Part shown: piece after piece, positions 58,239 to 64,000 of the stretch
Numbering within the stretch: the stretch's first letter is position 1
How the letters are laid out: every line of letters begins with the position of its first letter
DNA from: an uncultured Candidatus Saccharibacteria bacterium
GTDB taxonomy: Bacteria > Patescibacteriota > Minisyncoccia > Phycocordibacterales > DATGWK01
Length of the DNA stretch: 64,000 bases
Direction: 5' to 3'
NCBI GenBank assembly: GCA_964428845.1
Contig: CAYRZH010000001.1
Location: 138,990 to 202,989 of the forward strand
Program-made: the position numbers and the translations under genes
Notes under the pieces: generated by a model
Told to the model about the DNA's origin: nothing
The model's input: the letters and a program-made list of their open reading frames with translations, nothing else
The model's database searches: none

Positions 58239-60101
58239 ATGAACTACTTAATCTACGGCCGCGTCTCTACCTCTCGTCAGGCCGAACGAGAACTGAGTAT
58301 TCCGGCGCAGGTCAAAGCGTGCCAAAAGTACGGCATGGATCATCACTGGAGTCTTGCACCGGATGGCGTCTATGAGGAAAAGGGCGAATCGGCTCGGACG
58401 ACCGTTCGTCCCCAGCTTCAGAAAATGCTTCACCGGGCAAAGACCGACCCGAAAGTTGATGCGATCTTAATGCACAAACTTGATCGCATGTGTCGCAATG
58501 TCGCCGACTACGCGGCAATCAAGATGATGCTCAAAAAGCACGACGTCCGGCTGATCTCGGTAGTCGAGCAATTCGATGAGTCTTTCTCCGGAGAGTTGGT
58601 TGAAAACATCATGTCCTCAATTGCCCAGTGGACGTCCCAGAACATCAGCTGGGAGGTCAAAAAGGGTCTTAGAGAGGCCGTAGAGCGTGGTCGGTTCCCC
58701 GGATATGCGCCAACGGGCTACTTGAACGACAAGAAAACAAAATCGCTCATTGTTGACCATCTACGAGCACCATTCGTAAAGATGGCCTTTGAGCGTTATG
58801 CAACCGGCAAGTATAGTTACGATTCTCTTGCGGCCTATCTTGCCGAGCGCGGTTTCAAAAGCAAATATGGCAATTTAGTGAGACGAACGTCGATTGAACA
58901 TATCCTCGCAAACCCAATTTACTACGGCCTCGTCAAAACACGTTCGGCAACATGTCAGGCAAACTTCCCAAAACTCATCACCAAGAAGCTCTTTGACGAC
59001 GTCCAAGAAATCATCCAACAACACAATCACGCCGCCGATCGGAGTCGGAAGCACTCGTACCCAATGTCCGGCTTTATGCGGTGCGCCGTGTGTGGTTCTA
59101 CGCTCTGTGGGCAGATGCAAAAGGGTCATCTCTACTACTCATGTACCCATTGGAATGACCGTAAGTGTACAGAACGAAAGTACATTCGATGGGAGCTTGT
59201 TGAGCAACAGGTAGAAAATCATCTTTCTCGCATACAACTACCGGATCGCTTTAAGAGAGTCTTGGATGAGTACATCGAGCACTTTGCGACAGAGCGATTA
59301 GGTCAAGAAGAAAAGGAGCGTAAAAGTCTCAAGCAGGAGCTGGTGAGAGTGCAACAGCAGATACGCAACATAGTCGTAGATCGCTCAAAACGCATCATGG
59401 ACGCCGAGGTGTTTATAAAGATTCAAGACGAGCTCTTGAGGGAAAAAGAGATGTATCAGGATCGTTTACGGGTGCTTGAGGGTAAGTCTGATAAGTTCGT
59501 GCAGAAGTTCAATGAGATACTGGAATTCGCAGATCATGCAGACAAAGTGTTCCAGACCAGTAGCATGCACCAGAAGCGTTTAGTCGTGAAGCTCTGTTTT
59601 GACGGCTTCACCGTGCAAAATCAAAAACTGACGCCAATCTGGACGCCAGTCTTTGATGTTCTTATGGACTTAAACTCTAGCAACTTCGAGCCCCCAAAAG
59701 TCGGCGGCAAGGGCTCGAAAGACTCGAAAACCCTTGCCGTGACTAAAGTTCAAAGTTGCCAATCTGGCGGAGGAGGTGAGATTCGAACTCACGGGACCCT
59801 TGCGAGCCCTCTAGTTTTCAAGACTAGCGCATTCGACCGCTCTGCCACTCCTCCTTGTTTTTGTCAGGTTTGTAGTTTACAAACCTTACTGCTACACACT
59901 TTTCAATTCACTTTCCTCCCTCACCGGTGGGGATTCCCTCTATTCCTTATTTTCCACAGCGCCGACTTTCTCCTTCCCATCTCCCGCCCTCTCCACTTCC
60001 ATGGTGACCGAATACTTTCTTGCCACAAAGAAAAGATAAATAATTTCAAGAATGCCGGCAGTATTTGCGACAAGAATTATGATAAACCAGATTCGGTGTG
60101 A
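58239..60101 (+). CDS. Large serine recombinase; last ~110 codons read antisense through tRNA-Ser
   Basis: YGRVST catalytic Ser, KLDRMCRN, APTGY, CAVCG..YYSC zinc ribbon, coiled coil. Confidence 0.95.
   Translation: MNYLIYGRVSTSRQAERELSIPAQVKACQKYGMDHHWSLAPDGVYEEKGESARTTVRPQLQKMLHRAKTDPKVDAILMHKLDRMCRNVADYAAIKMMLKKHDVRLISVVEQFDESFSGELVENIMSSIAQWTSQNISWEVKKGLREAVERGRFPGYAPTGYLNDKKTKSLIVDHLRAPFVKMAFERYATGKYSYDSLAAYLAERGFKSKYGNLVRRTSIEHILANPIYYGLVKTRSATCQANFPKLITKKLFDDVQEIIQQHNHAADRSRKHSYPMSGFMRCAVCGSTLCGQMQKGHLYYSCTHWNDRKCTERKYIRWELVEQQVENHLSRIQLPDRFKRVLDEYIEHFATERLGQEEKERKSLKQELVRVQQQIRNIVVDRSKRIMDAEVFIKIQDELLREKEMYQDRLRVLEGKSDKFVQKFNEILEFADHADKVFQTSSMHQKRLVVKLCFDGFTVQNQKLTPIWTPVFDVLMDLNSSNFEPPKVGGKGSKDSKTLAVTKVQSCQSGGGGEIRTHGTLASPLVFKTSAFDRSATPPCFCQVCSLQTLLLHTFQFTFLPHRWGFPLFLIFHSADFLLPISRPLHFHGDRILSCHKEKINNFKNAGSICDKNYDKPDSV
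59765..59854 (-). tRNA. tRNA-Ser(TGA)
   Basis: GGAGGAG/CTCCTCC acceptor, CTAGT-CTTGAAA-ACTAG anticodon arm, long variable arm, G discriminator, CCA encoded. Confidence 0.97.
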
Positions 60102-60248
60102 CAGTCGGGCGGCTTTCCAAACAGCAAGTCCTTTCCATACCAAGGTCCAGACCATGAGCAATCCAAAAATCACAGGGTGGCTGTTGAAGAAAGAGGCGGT
60201 TTGGCCAAACATTTGTCCAAGTTGCCCAAATTGATTGAAGGATTCCAT
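59940..60248 (-). CDS. DUF5652-like membrane protein
   Basis: WKGLAVWKAAR..WF..NTAGILEIIY. Confidence 0.85.
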   Translation of the reverse strand: MESFNQFGQLGQMFGQTASFFNSHPVIFGLLMVWTLVWKGLAVWKAARLSHRIWFIIILVANTAGILEIIYLFFVARKYSVTMEVERAGDGKEKVGAVENKE

Positions 60249-60341
60249 ACTAATGTCTATCGGCGACCGCTACACTATACCCCAAACTCTGTGATCTTAA
60301 AAGGATTTTGGGGACCGCTCTTTTTCGGTTACAATTCGCTC

Positions 60342-60746
60342 ATGGGAAGATTTCTTGGAATTGATTTCGGGTCAAAGCGAGTCGGCGTCGCTCTTTCAGA
60401 TGAGAGCAAAAAAATAGCTATGCCTCTTGCCGTTTTGCCCAACGACAGAACTCTCTTTAGGGAAATAAAGGGGTTTTGCGAAAGTCGTGACGTGGAAGCG
60501 ATCGTAATGGGGGAGTCGAAGGACTTCAAGGGCAAGAGTAATTCGATAATGAAGAGTATAGAGCTTTTTAAGGCCGAACTTGAGCGTGATTTAAAACTTC
60601 CCGTCTATCTCGAGCCGGAATTTCTAACTTCAGAACATGCCAAACGCGCCCAAGGTGACCACCCGCTCCTCGATGCTTCTGCCGCCGCTCTTATCCTGCA
60701 AAGTTTCTTAGATAAAGGAAACCATAAACAATCCTTTGGTATATAA
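60342..60746 (+). CDS. ruvX: YqgF/RuvX pre-16S rRNA nuclease
   Basis: LGIDFGSKRVGVALSD, EFLTS, DASAAALILQSFL. Confidence 0.93.
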   Translation: MGRFLGIDFGSKRVGVALSDESKKIAMPLAVLPNDRTLFREIKGFCESRDVEAIVMGESKDFKGKSNSIMKSIELFKAELERDLKLPVYLEPEFLTSEHAKRAQGDHPLLDASAAALILQSFLDKGNHKQSFGI

Positions 60747-60753
60747 TTGAATC

Positions 60754-61803
60754 ATGGTAAGAAAAAGTTTTTTTGATCTTTTCCCTCCACCCCAATTTCT
60801 CTCAATGCCTGCTGCCGGCATCTCTATAAACGAAGACGCCATTAGGTTTCTTAATTTCAAATTTCGAAACGGAGTAGTAATTCTCACGGATTTTGGTGAA
60901 GAAAAATTACCTGAAGGAAGTATCGAATCAGGCGCTCCGGCAAAAAAGGATCAGATCATTTCAGTTTTAAGGAAACTAAAGCATGGACATGGCATTACAT
61001 ATGCCAATGTTGCTCTGCCGGAGGACAAGGCCTACGTCTTTAAAGCAAATGTCTCTGTGCCAAAGGGAGCAAACCTCGCCGACTCGGTAGGTTTTATCCT
61101 TGAAGAAAATATTCCGCTTTCTCCTGCAGAAACAGTATTTGATTTTGCTGTAGTGAGAGGCGGAAATATGATCTCGGGTACAGAGGCTTCGGCGGAAGAA
61201 AGTCAGACTACTAGCGAAGTCGTCGTTTCAGCACTTCCACAGGAGACCGTAGAGGCCTATCTGGATATTTGTAAGCAGGCTGATATAAATGTATTGCAGT
61301 TTGATATCGAGTCGGAGGCAGTCGCAAGGTCTGTAGTGCCTAGGAATGACACGGGGACTCGCCTCATCGTTCATTTCAACCTGGATAAAGTGGTGCTCGC
61401 AATTGTTTCTTATGGCTTGGTCCAATTTGCCTCTGTAGTCAATCCAGCGGCTGAAACTTCCGTCCGAGCTGTAGAATCTCGTTCCAGAGAAAATCTCGCA
61501 GAATCAGTGGAGCTTATTGCCCTACGTGACGAGATAAAAAAGATTTGTTTATACTGGCAGTCAAATCGCGGTGGTTCAAAACAGAAGACCGAAGCTAAAA
61601 TAGAATCAATCATTGTTTCTGGCCAGGTCGACCAGAAGTTAAACATAACCTCTTATCTGTCCAAACATATTGGATTGCCGACCGATCTAGCAAACGTCTG
61701 GCAAAACGCTTTTTCTTTCGACGAGACTATCCCGAAAATTCCCTTTGAGGACTCTTTGCGTTTTGCTGGAGCGATTGGTTTGGCACTTCCCGCGAAGAGA
61801 TAG
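60754..61803 (+). CDS. pilM: Type IV pilus assembly protein PilM
   Basis: Actin-like fold pattern; ENIPLS..VFDF; AIGLAL end. Confidence 0.8.
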   Translation: MVRKSFFDLFPPPQFLSMPAAGISINEDAIRFLNFKFRNGVVILTDFGEEKLPEGSIESGAPAKKDQIISVLRKLKHGHGITYANVALPEDKAYVFKANVSVPKGANLADSVGFILEENIPLSPAETVFDFAVVRGGNMISGTEASAEESQTTSEVVVSALPQETVEAYLDICKQADINVLQFDIESEAVARSVVPRNDTGTRLIVHFNLDKVVLAIVSYGLVQFASVVNPAAETSVRAVESRSRENLAESVELIALRDEIKKICLYWQSNRGGSKQKTEAKIESIIVSGQVDQKLNITSYLSKHIGLPTDLANVWQNAFSFDETIPKIPFEDSLRFAGAIGLALPAKR

Positions 61804-61819
61804 GTATTAAAAAATACAA

Positions 61820-62359
61820 ATGTTTAATCTTTTACCTCAAGAAGAAAAAGTGGCAATAAGAAAGGAGTATTCTCTGCGCAGACTGACAGTTATCTTCTTT
61901 TTCATTTCTCTGGTGGCGGCTGTTTCCTTGGTGTTGCTACTTTCCTCATATCTACTTTCTCGTGTCAGAGAAAAAGGGACTGTACTGCGTCTCGAGGCAA
62001 GCAAAGCGGTGGTGAACAAAAACACCCCCGGAGAAGATCTTGCCACGGTCATTCTTACAGCTCGGACCAACGCAGATATTTTAGATGTTTCTAGAAAGAA
62101 TGTTTCTGTTTACGACCTATTTCGTGTTTTCGAAGACAAGAATTCAGCTATACGTATAGATGACCTATTCTACACAGCTCGTGGCAAGGACGAGATAAAG
62201 ATCACGGTGAGAGGTACGGCTCGTGACCGCGAAAGCCTGATCGAATTCGAAAAAAAACTTGAAAGTCAGAAAAGTTTTTCTAGTGTAGATTTGCCGATCT
62301 CGAACTTGGCCAAAGAAAAAGATATAGATTTTACTATCGGTATCGTGATGAAAAATTAG
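61820..62359 (+). CDS. pilN: PilN-like protein
   Basis: NLLP N-terminus, TM, ITVRGTARDRESL..F. Confidence 0.8.
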   Translation: MFNLLPQEEKVAIRKEYSLRRLTVIFFFISLVAAVSLVLLLSSYLLSRVREKGTVLRLEASKAVVNKNTPGEDLATVILTARTNADILDVSRKNVSVYDLFRVFEDKNSAIRIDDLFYTARGKDEIKITVRGTARDRESLIEFEKKLESQKSFSSVDLPISNLAKEKDIDFTIGIVMKN

Positions 62360-62365
62360 AGAACG

Positions 62366-62929
62366 ATGAAAACTCACACGACAAAAAGTATATTTGTAAC
62401 GACGGTGGTGATAGCGGTTGCTCTTATCGCTCTCAATTATCTTCTATTTACCATCGTTAAGACTACCAACGAGAGAACTGCAGGACTTTCCGAGGAGGTC
62501 CTTCTCTACGAGAAGAGACAAAACGAATTATCTGGTCGGGGTGGGATGGCCGATATCAATGTGCTCATAGAAAAAGTTAATTCGTATTTCATAGGTAAGG
62601 ATGATGTCGTGAAGTTTATTGAAAACATAGAAAGAGAGGCTCGAGAGGGGGGAGTTGGTCTTGCTATAAGATCTGTAGAGACAGAGACTTTTGGTAGTAA
62701 GGATGGTGAGAAAACTGTAGTAGACAAAACCAAAGAGACAATGCGGCTCAAGCTCGAAGCCACTGGCACTTGGAGAAATACCACGAGGTTTATAACTTTT
62801 CTTGAACATTTACCATACAAAGTGACGGTGGTTGAGATCGGTTTGTCCAAGACTACGGAGATTGAGAAGGGGTCGAAGTTGCCGATCTGGCGAGCCAGGA
62901 TAGAACTTACTGTTCCTAAACACAAATAA
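62366..62929 (+). CDS. pilO: PilO-like protein
   Basis: TM, coiled coil, FIENIE..A, GTW..FITFLEHLPY. Confidence 0.7.
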   Translation: MKTHTTKSIFVTTVVIAVALIALNYLLFTIVKTTNERTAGLSEEVLLYEKRQNELSGRGGMADINVLIEKVNSYFIGKDDVVKFIENIEREAREGGVGLAIRSVETETFGSKDGEKTVVDKTKETMRLKLEATGTWRNTTRFITFLEHLPYKVTVVEIGLSKTTEIEKGSKLPIWRARIELTVPKHK

Positions 62930-62930
62930 C

Positions 62931-63260
62931 ATGTTTTCCAAAATCCACTTTTTTTCAAAAGATAAAAATTCCGGAGCCAGCAATGGCCACTCCGACTTTT
63001 CCCTCAAGGTCCGTCGAGATTGGAGAAACCTTCTTTTGTTCATGCTTGCTCTCGGGGCAGTAGTTATTATTTTGGACGGGTACTTGTTGTGGAGAGTCAG
63101 CCAAGGAGATTTTTTTGTGTCTTCAGTAGTGGATAAAGATGATACAACAAGTTCAGACCAGAAGATACTCTCAAATACTGTAAAGTTTTTCGACGAGCGC
63201 GCCGCCAATTTCAATGCTTTCAAAAACACCCCACCGTCCGAAATTGACCCGTCTCTTTAG
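62931..63260 (+). CDS. Single-TM hypothetical protein at the end of the pil operon
   Basis: RDW..TM..DPSL; translationally coupled. Confidence 0.7.
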   Translation: MFSKIHFFSKDKNSGASNGHSDFSLKVRRDWRNLLLFMLALGAVVIILDGYLLWRVSQGDFFVSSVVDKDDTTSSDQKILSNTVKFFDERAANFNAFKNTPPSEIDPSL

Positions 63261-63281
63261 CGCTGGTATATTTCGTCTATT

Positions 63282-63304
63282 GCCCTTGTAGCTCAATGGG
63301 TAGA
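63282..63304 (+). pseudogene. Orphan 5' fragment of a tRNA-Arg
   Basis: GCCCTTG-TAGCTCAATGGGTAGA; GCCCTTG can pair with CGAGGGC of the downstream tRNA; TGGTATATT promoter upstream. Confidence 0.7.
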
Positions 63305-63365
63305 AAAGAAGCCTCATTTTATCCAGAAAGCGTTTTGGGTTAGAACGGTATGTTATAATCCTGCT

Positions 63366-63677
63366 ATGCCCTACAAGGACAAGATTAAGCTTTACGCTGC
63401 ACAAAAACGACACAGAATAAAAATTCGTACCCGATTATCCGAATTTTTGTCTACAAAATGTTGTATAGATTGTGGAGAGAATGATCCTATAGTTTTGGAA
63501 TTTGATCACCGTAACACTAAAAATAAATTCAAAATTATTGGAAAAATGTTGTCGGGCCATTACTCATGGGAATCTGTTTCTCGCGAGATAAAAAAATGTC
63601 AAATTCGATGTGCAAATTGTCATAGGCGCAAAACGTATATTGAGCAAAAAAGTTGGGGCAGAAGTATGTCCTCGTAG
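63366..63677 (+). CDS. HNH endonuclease
   Basis: CIDCGE..LEFDH..CANCHRRKT; stop codon lies inside tRNA-Arg; leaderless after TGTTATAAT. Confidence 0.88.
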   Translation: MPYKDKIKLYAAQKRHRIKIRTRLSEFLSTKCCIDCGENDPIVLEFDHRNTKNKFKIIGKMLSGHYSWESVSREIKKCQIRCANCHRRKTYIEQKSWGRSMSS

Positions 63678-63739
63678 TTAAATGGATATAACTGGAGACT
63701 TCTAATCTCCCGTTGCAGGTTCGATTCCTGCCGAGGGCA
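63668..63739 (+). tRNA. tRNA-Arg(TCT)
   Basis: GTCCTCG/CGAGGGC acceptor, GGAGA-CTTCTAA-TCTCC anticodon arm, T-loop TTCGATT; CCA not encoded. Confidence 0.96.
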
Positions 63740-63779
63740 CAAAATAAGCGTAGCGAATTTTATGCCTGAAAGGGCGCAC
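63740..63779 (+). repeat. tRNA-Arg(TCT) 3' trailer motif
   Basis: GGCACAAAAT/ATTTTATGCC stem, loop AGCGTAGCG, then AAGGGC. Confidence 0.75.
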
Positions 63780-64000
63780 CAAAGTTTGATAATCCCTAGG
63801 CTTTTTGATAGTCTGTTTTTGGAATCAGACGGAATGTCCGGCTGAAACAGTACTTTCAAGCGAAAGGGGACTGATGCAGACATTCGAAACCCAAGTTGCC
63901 GGACTGACATTGAGACGTCCGGTGATGAATGCTGCGGGCACGTGTAAGCTTCTTCCGGATGTGCAAACCTTCGCCGGATCAGACTGCGCCGCCATCGTGG

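Larger units (their letters stand above)
32852..59778. mobile_element. Composite integrative element / defective prophage at the tRNA-Ser(TGA) 3' end
   Basis: 12-bp repeat of the tRNA 3' end at both boundaries; serine recombinase, cI/cro, rep, lysis genes; internal second junction at ~34470. Confidence 0.88.

Noticed and set aside
1-64000. Alternative genetic code 25 (TGA = Gly)
   Set aside because: tyrS, purL, cfa and the trmH-like gene end at TGA at expected lengths, and conserved ORFs have no internal TGA
63780-64000. Possible element or gene end after tRNA-Arg(TCT)
   Set aside because: Cut by the window edge; nothing identifiable

Overview
This window looks like an origin-proximal stretch of a small-genome Patescibacteria (CPR, Parcubacteria-like) chromosome using the standard code 11. 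The taxonomic call is inferred from gene content and style. Core genes are dnaN (partial), a class A PBP, tyrS, ruvB-yebC-ruvC, pilB, tsaE-polA-holA, trmH, mutM, murE, ruvA, rpsT, ruvX and pilMNO, with four tRNAs (Lys-TTT, Arg-GCG, Ser-TGA, Arg-TCT). Stand-alone accessory genes sit among them: a frameshifted MutS-like ATPase, an SPFH pair, large-form purL and cfa. About 32.85-59.78 kb is a composite element integrated at the 3' end of tRNA-Ser. It is a defective prophage (large serine recombinase, cI/cro, rep with internal iterons, lysis genes) whose middle is replaced by a ~17 kb CsoR-type copper/thiol-redox island. The most unusual signals are: (1) the recombinase gene appears cut by its own attachment site, and two homologous orphan C-terminal tails sit behind a duplicated 33-bp junction at the far end; (2) three host tRNAs carry 3' trailers with an antisense copy and then a second sense copy of their own acceptor 3' strand; (3) an HNH gene sits between an orphan tRNA-Arg 5' fragment and a complete tRNA-Arg it overlaps; (4) a 6S-like RNA and a long palindromic element occur in the ruv locus. 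All calls come from reading the sequence; no searches were run.
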